Shown here one piece after another: positions 6,745 to 15,800 of a DNA stretch of 27,597 nucleotides. The notes under the pieces were generated by a model, which made no database searches, was not told the DNA's origin, and saw nothing but the letters and a program-made list of their open reading frames with translations. The DNA comes from a virus (Duplodnaviria; Caudoviricetes). Location of the stretch: positions 1 to 27,597 of the IMG/VR virus record IMGVR_UViG_3300032219_001923. The stretch is one strand, 5' to 3'. The stretch's first letter is position 1. The number at the start of each line of letters is the position of its first letter. The translations under genes were made by a program, and so were the position numbers.

Positions 6745-6897
6745 GGAACCTCCTGGGGGACACGTACCCCATAGCGAGACGACGCGCCGCCTCGACACCA
6801 TGCCGAGGTAGCGCGCCGCCTTTCTGGGGTAGGGTTCCCCCGACGTGAATATACCTCAGTATGACGTAGGTATACCTAAGTATACCCACGTCAAACG
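6745..6897 (-). promoter_or_regulatory. Structured intergenic RNA element (candidate cis-regulator or ncRNA)
   Basis: 14-bp hairpin at 6862-6893, alternative 13-bp helix 6842-6854/6880-6892, and long stem-loop 6765-6831. The non-Watson-Crick pairs in these stems read as G-U on the minus strand. Confidence 0.5.
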
Positions 6898-7347
6898 TCA
6901 GTATTTCATCGGTTTGTAGGTCTTGCCGTCGAAGGCGAGCGACTCGCCACACTTCGCAGCGGGGCGCCACGGAGCGCCCAGGGAGATGTGGACCCACGCC
7001 TTCCCCGGCGGCTTCTCCAAGATGCACTGACCGAAGCGCAAACCGCTCTCGGTGACGATCCATTTGTGCAGGATGTCCACGTCGCAGCTCGAGCACGTGA
7101 TGTCCGCGGCTTCGCCCTTAGAATGTTGCGACGAGGCACTGCCTCCCACGGCGGCGTTGACGGCAGGCCCCCTGAACCCGCTCGACACGCGGACAGGCCC
7201 GAAGCGCGACCGGATGACCTCGAGCATCTCCGCGACGGCCTTGAGACGCTCCACGTAGGGCAGGGCCTCCTGCCGGTTGGCGTCCTGGAGAGCGCTCTGT
7301 CCCGTGCGGGTCAACTCCTCGAAGGAGAAGTGCTCAGTTAGCGTCAT
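6898..7347 (-). CDS. Endolysin, peptidase M15A family
   Basis: LTEHFSFEELT...VSSGFRGPAVNAAVGGSASSQHSKGEAADI...WVHIS carries the Zn ligands H, D and H of M15A. Confidence 0.92.
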   Translation of the reverse strand: MTLTEHFSFEELTRTGQSALQDANRQEALPYVERLKAVAEMLEVIRSRFGPVRVSSGFRGPAVNAAVGGSASSQHSKGEAADITCSSCDVDILHKWIVTESGLRFGQCILEKPPGKAWVHISLGAPWRPAAKCGESLAFDGKTYKPMKY

Positions 7348-7762
7348 TGGTGCCCCCGGTGCTGGTTTTCGTGCCGAAGAAGTACGCGAAGGTCATGAGG
7401 CAGATATCCTCGATGAACGAGACGATGGAGGACCGCTCGCCGTCGCGAAGGAGCAACACGTCCGGCCCGGCGATGAGGAGATCGCACAGGTAGACCGCCA
7501 CTAGGATCGATACCATCGCCGTCGCGAAGAAGGTGAGCGCCTCGACCATGCTCTTCGCGCCTGCGAAGATGCGCGTCACCAGCAGCTGGATGACCACGAC
7601 GACCGTCAGGCCGAACGCGATGGCCGTAATCGTCCCGGCCTGCGTGTCGTACAGAGACGAGAACGCCTCAACAGTAGGCGCGTCCGTGGCGGCGAGCCCC
7701 TCGAGCAGCACGGCGTCGTCGGTGACGCGTTCTGCGACATCAAGCCCGCTATCGGCGTCCAT
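7334..7762 (-). CDS. Putative holin (about 3 TM segments)
   Basis: Hydrophobic segments ITAIAFGLTVVVVIQLLV, ALTFFATAMVSILVAVYLCDLLI and ICLMTFAYFFG. Directly upstream of the endolysin. Confidence 0.65.
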   Translation of the reverse strand: MDADSGLDVAERVTDDAVLLEGLAATDAPTVEAFSSLYDTQAGTITAIAFGLTVVVVIQLLVTRIFAGAKSMVEALTFFATAMVSILVAVYLCDLLIAGPDVLLLRDGERSSIVSFIEDICLMTFAYFFGTKTSTGGTNDAN

Positions 7763-8070
7763 TAGCGACCGCGCTGGATGGCGTCGACATCAGCCCGCAG
7801 CGTGTTCACGTCGCGGCGCAAGCTCACGAGCTCAGAGCGGAGGGCCGCGCCCTCGCGTTCCATGCCCTCCAGGCGCCCGTCGATGCGCGCGAGGATGCTC
7901 TTCATGTCGGACAGGTCCTCCGCGGCGATAGCCGGCGCGGCCTGTGCCTCGGAGAAGTACCCGCCGGCGAGCCCGCCGCCGCCGACCATCGCCGCGCCAA
8001 GGAGCATGAGAGACCAAACGGGAACCGGAACGAGGCGGTCACTCCACCTCGCAGTCTGCGCTTCGGGCAT
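7762..8070 (-). CDS. Membrane-anchored coiled-coil protein of the lysis cassette
   Basis: N-terminal hydrophobic stretch then heptads (ILARIDGRLEGMEREGAALRSELVSLRRDVNTLRADV). AGGAGG SD. Confidence 0.7.
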   Translation of the reverse strand: MPEAQTARWSDRLVPVPVWSLMLLGAAMVGGGGLAGGYFSEAQAAPAIAAEDLSDMKSILARIDGRLEGMEREGAALRSELVSLRRDVNTLRADVDAIQRGR

Positions 8071-8091
8071 CAGACCTCCTACTGAGGTCGC

Positions 8092-8286
8092 CTAACCGAC
8101 GAGACGGAACCTCGCGATATCCGCGCCGTTCACGTCCTCGAGCTCGCAGAACTCCTCTGCCCAAACGTGCACCACGACGTGCGGAAACGCGTGCAACGCC
8201 ACCACGCCACACGACTCCGGAAGCCGCGCCGTCTCCGTCTCCGGGTAGGCGGCGACGTAGCCTTCGATCTGTTCAGTGTAGGTCAT
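8092..8286 (-). CDS. Hypothetical protein, 64 aa
   Basis: TGATG-coupled to the upstream tail gene. Acidic. Confidence 0.65.
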   Translation of the reverse strand: MTYTEQIEGYVAAYPETETARLPESCGVVALHAFPHVVVHVWAEEFCELEDVNGADIARFRLVG

Positions 8287-9263
8287 CAGCGCACCAGGAG
8301 GACGGTTTCACTAGAGAATGCAGTGGACGACGAGATGCGGTAGCCGACGGTCGTGAGTCCGGCGACGAGGCCGCTCCCGAGGGTACCGTCTGGGGTCCAC
8401 GTCACCTCGCGAAGTCGGCCCGCGAAGTTCGTCCCGCCACGGTTCAACAGCATCGGCCACCTGGGCGAACGTCCCGTGCTGCTCAGTAGGACGTGGGCTA
8501 TCGACGTGTTCAGAAAGTTAGCACGGGTCAACGTCGTGAAACCAGACGTGCCTGGCGAGAACATGCCGCTATGCGTGTACCCTACAAGGCCACCGTGCGC
8601 GTACCAGTTCCCCTGCGCCGAGACGGACGAGAGCATGGAGTTGGCGATGGCGCCGTTCGAGCCCGTCACGTACATCCCGTAGACGCGCCCATCGGTTTCT
8701 GCGTCCACCGCGTCCGGCGTCTCCGGGTCGATGATCGCCCCAGCGTGACCCACGCGGTGGTTGGTGCCCTGCACGGAGCAGACCAGCACGACAGTCTCTG
8801 CCGTCTCGTAGTAGCGCCAGTCTGTGGGCGTGATGCCTGCCGAGACGCCACCGCTCAGACGCCAATAGCCGGACCATCGCGAGTTTGCGCCGAAGGGGAG
8901 CGCGGCGTTGTACGTGGTAAACGCCCCCGAGTTCAGCGAGAGGCCCATGTGCAGCGTGGTCGTCTGCGCGGTGTCCGGCGTTAGCATCGTGATCGCGGGC
9001 GTGGGCGCACTTGCGTACCCTGCAATCAGGACACGCTGAGCCATCGACCCGGTAGGGGGCGTCCCATAGACGGCTTCGGTCACACTGCCGTTTTGGTAGC
9101 GCGCCCACGTCCAGGCGTTGCCGCTGCCCGGCGTGCGCGTGCTCCCGTCGAAGTAGGTCGTAGCCGTGAGAAGACTCCACAGGGCGTCGAGTTGCGCGGC
9201 TGCGGTCACGGCAGTGGTCGTGCTCAGCCCGACGTATTGGTGGCTCAGTGCGGTCAGGCTCAT
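8286..9263 (-). CDS. Putative tail fibre/receptor-binding-associated protein
   Basis: 325 aa rich in G/T/S and aromatic residues, at the distal end of the tail module. Confidence 0.65.
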   Translation of the reverse strand: MSLTALSHQYVGLSTTTAVTAAAQLDALWSLLTATTYFDGSTRTPGSGNAWTWARYQNGSVTEAVYGTPPTGSMAQRVLIAGYASAPTPAITMLTPDTAQTTTLHMGLSLNSGAFTTYNAALPFGANSRWSGYWRLSGGVSAGITPTDWRYYETAETVVLVCSVQGTNHRVGHAGAIIDPETPDAVDAETDGRVYGMYVTGSNGAIANSMLSSVSAQGNWYAHGGLVGYTHSGMFSPGTSGFTTLTRANFLNTSIAHVLLSSTGRSPRWPMLLNRGGTNFAGRLREVTWTPDGTLGSGLVAGLTTVGYRISSSTAFSSETVLLVR

Positions 9264-9772
9264 GTGGTCGCGATGCCCCCGATGTCGATGACGCTTACGG
9301 CGAAGTCGCTAGAGAGGGTATTTTGGATGACCACCGCGGCTGCGACCACAGGCACCCACTGAAGGATGCCCGCACGCCGGACTAGCATCGTCTCGTCGGT
9401 CGTGGCCTGCACGACCGTAGCGGTCCCGCCACCGTTCCACGCGGCGACGGCAGTCGAGCTCCCGGTATGCCCCGCCGAAGTCCACGCGAGCGAGCTCAGA
9501 GCCGTGTGCGCGGGCACCGGAGGCGTGCCGTGGGAATGGTCCCCACGCGCGTAGTCCGTGGATGTTCCGACGACAGGCGACTGTCCTGCAGAGGTCTCCG
9601 ACACGACCGTCGTCGCTGGCGTCCCGCCGCCGCCGCCCCCGCCTGACGCAGCGATGGTCACCTCGAGGACGCCGCCGACCTCGACGTCGGTAAGCGTGAC
9701 GTTCGTGCCGGCCTTGAGCGTCGCCGCTACCTTCGCCGAGCTTGCGTCTCGATAGAGCGGGATGCGCGCCAT
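9260..9772 (-). CDS. Putative tail fibre protein
   Basis: LKAGTNVTLT...VTIAASGGGGGGG and GTSTDYARGDHSHG motifs typical of fibre shafts. Start could alternatively be 9802. Confidence 0.65.
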   Translation of the reverse strand: MARIPLYRDASSAKVAATLKAGTNVTLTDVEVGGVLEVTIAASGGGGGGGTPATTVVSETSAGQSPVVGTSTDYARGDHSHGTPPVPAHTALSSLAWTSAGHTGSSTAVAAWNGGGTATVVQATTDETMLVRRAGILQWVPVVAAAVVIQNTLSSDFAVSVIDIGGIATT

Positions 9773-9773
9773 G

Positions 9774-9971
9774 TCAGGGAACCGGCGCCCAGCTGACGAC
9801 ATTCCCGGCGTCGTCCTCGGTCACGATGCAGGGCAGAGTCCAGCTCTGCGCCTCGGAGAGCTGAACCCAAATAGGTGGAATGCCCGTGTAGAACCCCGCG
9901 CAACCGTTCGCGACGGCGAGCTCGGTTGCGGTCTCGGATGGAAAGCCCGCAGGCACGACGAGGAAGGGCAT
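9774..9971 (-). CDS. Hypothetical protein, 65 aa
   Basis: AGGAG SD. Follows the glycine-rich gene. Confidence 0.65.
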   Translation of the reverse strand: MPFLVVPAGFPSETATELAVANGCAGFYTGIPPIWVQLSEAQSWTLPCIVTEDDAGNVVSWAPVP

Positions 9972-9979
9972 GGACGCTC

Positions 9980-10873
9980 CTACGCGAACACAATGATGTT
10001 GACGCTACCGTCGGTCCCGGCGATACCCGTGCCCCCGCCGTTGATACCCGCGCCGCCGAGGCCACCAGCCGCCGACACGGTCCCGCCAATCGAGGCGACC
10101 GGAGTCGTCGTCAGGATGCCGACGAGGCCGCCGCCGCCGCCGCCGCCGCCGCCTGCCTTGCCGCCGCCGAATGAACTAGCATCGCCGCCCTTCCCGCCTG
10201 CCGCGCCAATGAACCCGCCAGCGTTGACGATGCTCTTCGCTGCAAGCCAGAGGATGCCGCCGCCGCCGCCGCCGCCGCCCGAGTCCGCGCCGCCCGCGGT
10301 CACGTCGCAACCGCCGGACGCCCCGCCGCCGCCGCCGCCGAAGCCAGCGGTCGCCGCGCGACCTACAAACAGGCTCGATGCCCACTTCGAGTTTGCGACG
10401 GTACAGGCCCCACCCGTGCCGCCCGCCTGGGCGTTCGCCGCGCCGCCGTTTCCACCCGTGGGGAGCGTGCCGACGTTGTTGTAGCTGTTTGAGGTCGCCG
10501 CGATTCCGTTGTTCCCGACGCCTGTCGAGGACCTTCCGTTAACGCCGCCGCCCGATTGGGCGTACAGGAACTGTCGCGCCGCCAACCCGCCGCCGCCGCC
10601 TGTCCCGGTCGCGTCGTTGCCGTTGTCGTTGACGGTTCCAGCATTCGTGAGCGTGTTGGCGACCAGGAGCTTGAACCCCTGCGGCTTAACGATGGCCGTC
10701 GCCTGCACGGTCAGGTTGTTGTAGTGCCGTTCGCGCGACAGGAGGAGGGGCGTTCCGGCCACGACCGTGAAGTCGCCGTCAGTTCCATCGCCAAACAGGC
10801 CGGCGAAGGTCGCGGCGCTACCCGTGCCGCCACCCGACGAGGGCACAGTCGGGAAGACCTGCGTCCCAGCCAT
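9980..10873 (-). CDS. Glycine-rich tail fibre/spike protein
   Basis: FGDGTDGDFTV start, many GGxGG motifs, GGGGGGGGILW and GGGGLVGI repeats, C-terminal GTDGSVNII. Confidence 0.8.
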   Translation of the reverse strand: MAGTQVFPTVPSSGGGTGSAATFAGLFGDGTDGDFTVVAGTPLLLSRERHYNNLTVQATAIVKPQGFKLLVANTLTNAGTVNDNGNDATGTGGGGGLAARQFLYAQSGGGVNGRSSTGVGNNGIAATSNSYNNVGTLPTGGNGGAANAQAGGTGGACTVANSKWASSLFVGRAATAGFGGGGGGASGGCDVTAGGADSGGGGGGGGILWLAAKSIVNAGGFIGAAGGKGGDASSFGGGKAGGGGGGGGGLVGILTTTPVASIGGTVSAAGGLGGAGINGGGTGIAGTDGSVNIIVFA

Positions 10874-11259
10874 CAGAGCACCTCGAGCACGACTTCGTAG
10901 TCGAAGGCATTGTCCGCGCCGGCGTTGGGGCCGGGCTCCAGGTAGAGCTTGCCCGCGGCGTCGGTGTCGAAGAGGACGCCAGAGCAGACCACGTCGAAGA
11001 GGTCCGCGATGACCGTCGAGCTTCCGACGAACTGTTGCGCCACCGTGCCGCTAGATCCACCGGAGGTGGAGAAGATGCGCGGCGTGAAGCTGGCGGCGGT
11101 CCCTGCGGTGCGCTTCAGCTTGACGCGTAGGACCTGCACCAACGTGAGCTCGCCACCCGTCTCGATGGCGAGCCGCGTCCCGGCGGCGTAGTTCGTCACG
11201 CTTCCCGTGACCGTGAGACGGGTACGAGACCCATACTGAGTGTGCGTTGCCGTCGCCAT
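10873..11259 (-). CDS. Hypothetical virion protein
   Basis: 128-aa beta-rich ORF in the tail module, TGATG-coupled to the next gene. Confidence 0.7.
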   Translation of the reverse strand: MATATHTQYGSRTRLTVTGSVTNYAAGTRLAIETGGELTLVQVLRVKLKRTAGTAASFTPRIFSTSGGSSGTVAQQFVGSSTVIADLFDVVCSGVLFDTDAAGKLYLEPGPNAGADNAFDYEVVLEVL

Positions 11260-11262
11260 GCC

Positions 11263-12888
11263 CTAGCCCTCCTGCACGCGCAGAGTGTATCGCACGGAGC
11301 CATCTGCGGCCCACGCCCTCGACTGCACCAAGCACAGTCGCTCCGTCCACGCGAGATCGGGGTCGGTGACGGTCACGTAGTCGCCCGGCTCCACCCACGC
11401 GTAGGTCTGGGGCGCGGAGTACTCCACCACGCGCGAGGGGAGCGCCCATCGGCGAGAGCGCCAGGCGAGCACGCGGGATGCCGTGAGGTCATCGTGCACG
11501 ATGGCCGTCTCCAGCGCGTCACGTTTCACGCCATACCTGACGACCGACCGCGCGAGGATGGGGTCGCTCCAGTAGCTAAGGGCCAGCGAGGCCGCGCCAC
11601 CGAAGCGAAGTCCTCGAGGACGGGATGCGGGGTCGCCGACTGCCCACATCTCGCGCGTGTAGTCCTCGACGCGAGGACCCCACCCATACCGGAGCTGCAC
11701 GGTATTCGCGACCTTGTCGGCGTCCTCGTAGGTCACCACGCTTTCCCGCGCGATGTCGAGGTCCGTCGTGAGGTCCCACGCAGCCACGGCGTCGATGGAT
11801 GTCGCGTCCCATCGCCAGACTAGGGGGTAGACGCCTTTCGGCCCGACCATCATGGACACCGGGACGATGTCGAGCACGGCCTCACGAATGTAGTCCGCGA
11901 TGACCACGGCATCGTCCACGTAGCCACTGACCTGAAACGCCGCGAGCGAGCTCCGAGCGAGATTGACCCGGCCTTGGTCTACCTCTTGCTCAGTGAGCGA
12001 AAGGAGCCACGCGACGAAGTCCCCCGCATGCGTGAGCTCGCCGATACCCTCTGCGACAAGCCCGCCGCCATCGGCCCAGATGACGACAGGTGTGGCGGTC
12101 GGGGTCCACAACGATACCGACCGGTCATCGAATACCAGCGCTACTACCTCGCCTGTCTCGATGGTCACCTGGACGATGGGCAGAGACACCGTCGAGCCAT
12201 CGTCGCGGTTCATCAACGTGACCGACAGGGCGGTCACTGCGTGTGCGGCTACCGCATAGACCGCAAACGGCGTCCCCAGAGAGTCGATGACGCTCCCGAC
12301 GGAGGCTGCGATCGTTCCCGGCGCAATGCCTTCCCCCGGCGTCCCGAAGACGACAGGCACCACGATGCCGTCGTCTGTGGCGCTGCGAAGAGGGTACGTC
12401 GTGGCGTCGAGAGCATCGAAAATCGCGACGGCGGGCATCGTCATCGGCGAGAGCGTGCTCTCGTCCGTAAGCACATCCTGCTCGATACTCGCCTGCACGC
12501 CTTCGCCCTGGGCGCCGTACTGAGGCTCGACCAACCGTCCGCGCACGAAGGGACGCCGTGCGGTCCACGGGTCCCCATCAGCCAGCTGGGCTAGCTCAGC
12601 CATGCAACCGGCGAGGTCGTGGCCCTCTTCGATGAGCGTGGCAACGTCGATACCAAGGTCGAAGGCGACGGAAGAGGACCGCCGCGGGGCCTCCGTCGCC
12701 CACAGGTCAATGCTCTCGACCGTATCGCCCGTCTCGAGGAGGCCGTCCGTCAGGACAATGGTCCCGCCCGTGCCGTCGTCGATGGTCATGGCCTCGTCGG
12801 TCATGTACCAGGTGCCGCCGGCGTATTCGAGTTTTAGGACCCAGCGGATAGTGCTGGATAGTTGGGCGGGCGTCCAGCGGTCAGTCAC
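11263..12888 (-). CDS. Tail tip/baseplate hub protein
   Basis: GTG at 12888 (GAGGAG SD, GTGA overlap). VPVVFG motif, and C-terminal SVVRYGVKR...WVEPGDYVTVT typical of siphovirus tail hub proteins. The ORF-track extension to 13356 is spurious. Confidence 0.75.
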   Translation of the reverse strand: MTDRWTPAQLSSTIRWVLKLEYAGGTWYMTDEAMTIDDGTGGTIVLTDGLLETGDTVESIDLWATEAPRRSSSVAFDLGIDVATLIEEGHDLAGCMAELAQLADGDPWTARRPFVRGRLVEPQYGAQGEGVQASIEQDVLTDESTLSPMTMPAVAIFDALDATTYPLRSATDDGIVVPVVFGTPGEGIAPGTIAASVGSVIDSLGTPFAVYAVAAHAVTALSVTLMNRDDGSTVSLPIVQVTIETGEVVALVFDDRSVSLWTPTATPVVIWADGGGLVAEGIGELTHAGDFVAWLLSLTEQEVDQGRVNLARSSLAAFQVSGYVDDAVVIADYIREAVLDIVPVSMMVGPKGVYPLVWRWDATSIDAVAAWDLTTDLDIARESVVTYEDADKVANTVQLRYGWGPRVEDYTREMWAVGDPASRPRGLRFGGAASLALSYWSDPILARSVVRYGVKRDALETAIVHDDLTASRVLAWRSRRWALPSRVVEYSAPQTYAWVEPGDYVTVTDPDLAWTERLCLVQSRAWAADGSVRYTLRVQEG

Positions 12889-15800
12889 AGCTCCTCCTCG
12901 ATCCGGATGTTGGACGTGCGGACCATCTCGCCCGTCGTGCCGACGCCAAGCCATTCCGCGCCCTGCACCGTCTCGATGGACACGTCCGACACGATGCGCC
13001 CATACAGGTGAAGGTCGGGGTGCACGACCATCTGCGTGGTCCCGAGGGCCACGCGCGGGAGGTGCGCCACGTAGACGATGGGCGTCGCGGGCCCCTCGAT
13101 ATGCTCGACAATGCCGCGCATGAGAGCGGGACCGTCCATCTTCGCCGCCGCGGCCTCTGGCGTTCCAGTCGAGGACCCATAGAAGAAGTCCGGCGTGCTC
13201 ACGGTCTGGTCCGTGCCGAACGCGCTCTGGTCCGCAGCGTCCGTCCACCCAAACTCCACTGCGCGTCGCGTCGGCCCGGCTACCTGCGACGTGCGCCGTC
13301 CGTTTGCGCCCGTGCGGAGCTCCACATTCGGCTCCGAAGTCAGCGACCGTCCCCACGAATAGCGCCGCCCGAAGACGGCGAGGTGCCCGAGGACGACGAC
13401 GCCGAGCTCGTAGTACGCTTCTGCTACCTGCTGGACGGGGATTGTCAGGCGATAGGCCGAGTAGCTAGGGTCGTTGTTCCAGACCAGGAGCCCGCCCGTG
13501 GCGAGGAACGCTCCCGCGGTGCCGCTGAGGGCTACTGCCGACACGTCGCCGAAGAGGGTAGCGCGTGCGTGCTTCGTGGCGGCGTTTGTCCACGCTCCTT
13601 CCGTCTGGTACTGGATGGCCCGCACAGGCCCAGCCGCCGTGTCGAACGTGAACCGCGCCCCGTCCAGCATGCCGTGCGGGTACCAATACGTGCCCGCGTT
13701 GGACGTAGTGTCGGGGTAAATGGTGTTTCCGCGACGAACCCATTTCAGCCCTGCCTGTCCTGCGCTCGCGTCCCACGTACCGATACTGACATACACACCG
13801 AAGGCGTTGCGGCCTTCGAGGGTAGCCGTCCGGAAGTTGGTCCCGCCGAGGTAGAGCGCACCGACGGGGCCCATGAGCGGGGAGACGTTCGCTGCCGTCC
13901 CGTCCGTCTCCCACACGAAGATCTGCGACGTACCTGTCCCGGTAGACCGCCACGTCACCGACGGCGAGGTGGAGGCCAGCGCGGCGATGCCATGACCGTA
14001 CCGCGGCGCGATGGTCCACAGGTCATCCAGCGCGGCAGGCCCGCCGACCGCACGCACGCGGAGGCCGTCGGAGAGCGTGAGCGACCTCGAGGAGAAGTCA
14101 CGCCCACCGACCTGCGACGGGATCGAGAGCGCGTGCGGGGTGCTCATCTGCGCGCTTCCCTGCCAGGCGAAGTAGCGCCAGTTCGACACGCCCTGCCCGG
14201 TCTGCCCCAGCTTCACGCTCTGGCCTGCCGCGGTGAACCCGGCGTCGGTCATCGCGTCGTTCGACAGGATCCGGATGAAGTCGCGGGCGACTTCGTGGAT
14301 GCCGTCGATCTCGCAGACCCACACGGTAGCCCTGCCGGTACCGCCCTGGTTGGAGAGCCACGCACGCACGTGCACGTACTGCGACCCCGTGCGGTTGTAC
14401 GTCATGCGGAGGACGCCGCTCACGTCGTCGTAGCAGAGGACCTGCGTCGTCGTGACGCGCACGCGGAGACGGTACGTGGACGTGTTGCTCGCCGCCGTGA
14501 GGAGGGTCTCGGTAGCCGTCCCAGAGTCTGGGTCCACTTCCCAGAGGGCCTGCACGGTATGCGCGGCGGTGAGCGCCGTGGTGCGCGTATGCGTGTAGGT
14601 GCGGACCTCAGCGACGCCCGCCGAGATCTGCATTGCGCCACCCGTCAGCGTCGTCGTCGGCGCACCAATCGTGGTGACGGTCCACCCGATGGCGTCAGGG
14701 GTCCACCATGGTTCCCACGTCATGTAGGACCCTGCCGAGTAGTCAGAGCCCATCTGTACGGCAGGAAGCATCGGCAACGTCGCCGACGTGTACCCGGAGA
14801 GCGCCGTGTCTCCCAGCTGCGCGTCGTAGACCGTCGTGGCGTCCACCGTGTGGATGACGTGCAGGGTGCCGGCGTACCACACTGCGACCATCGAGGTGAC
14901 GCGCTCTCCACCGTAGTCCAGGGAGTGGACGAGGTTCGCAGCTTGTCCGAGCACGGACCACGTCTCTCCGTCAGAGCTGCGAGCAGGACGCACGCGCGAG
15001 GCATTCCCGGAGTTGGGGGCCAACGCGTAGATCTGGCCGTCCTCGTCCACGGCGGCGCATAGCTCCGTATCGTCGCTAAGCTGGTTCCCGAGGCTCAGGG
15101 TCGTCGCAGGAGCGAGTAGCCCTACCTGCACAGGGTCGATGTCCGTCCACCGACTGTAGGCGCTCCCAAGGCGCTTGCTGAGGGTCGTAGAGGTCGCGCC
15201 CCACGTGCTCCTCGAGGAACCGCAGTAGACCACGCCGAAGCCCACGTCCGGGATGGCGTAGATGTCGTGCACGCCGCCCGTGTGGACGCTTGCCGCATCG
15301 GTCCCGGGTACGGCCTCGACCAGCGCGTAGCTCATGCCCTCGTCGGCGCTGGCATACTGCCAAAGCGTGTCGGGGACGGTCGCCGCAGAGACGCGCACGG
15401 CGAGCATCATCAGCACCTGCCCGCCCTGGTAGGCGGCACGGAGACGGCGCACGGTAGTCGTCGTCGTGTCGATGTACGCCGGAAGAGCGGCGCCGTTCTG
15501 GAGCGTCCACGTCCCGCCGTCGTCGTCGCTGGCGTAGACACGGACCTGGAGCCCCACGCTCGCGAGGTCATCGTAGGCGACGAGAAGAAGCAAGCGGTCG
15601 GGCAGCTCGAGCAGACAGGAGTGGAGGGGCTGCCCCGTCGCGGAGCTCGATACGACGGTCGTAATGGTCGAGGCCCCCAGCTGGTCGCGGCGATGCACGA
15701 CGCAACTCTGGACCCCGCCAAGGGCCACCGTGCTCTGAGCCGACACGAGACGCGTCCCGTTCCGCGTATAGATGGCGTGCGGGTAGGTGTAGAGCGGCGT

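Noticed and set aside
6842-6893. Mini CRISPR array, hammerhead ribozyme or protelomerase site
   Set aside because: Only two adjacent imperfect repeats without spacers. The sequence reads CTGAGGT rather than CUGANGA. The palindrome is short and imperfect as DNA, and no protelomerase gene is seen.
9980-10873. PE-PGRS or collagen-like host gene
   Set aside because: No PE domain or Gly-X-Y period. Context and motifs fit a phage glycine-rich tail protein.
12889-13356. N-terminal extension of ORF 11263..13356
   Set aside because: It overlaps the upstream gene in another frame. GTG at 12888 has a strong SD and a GTGA overlap. The same reasoning trims 3637..4248, 1521..2150, 21109..21726 and 23560..24108.
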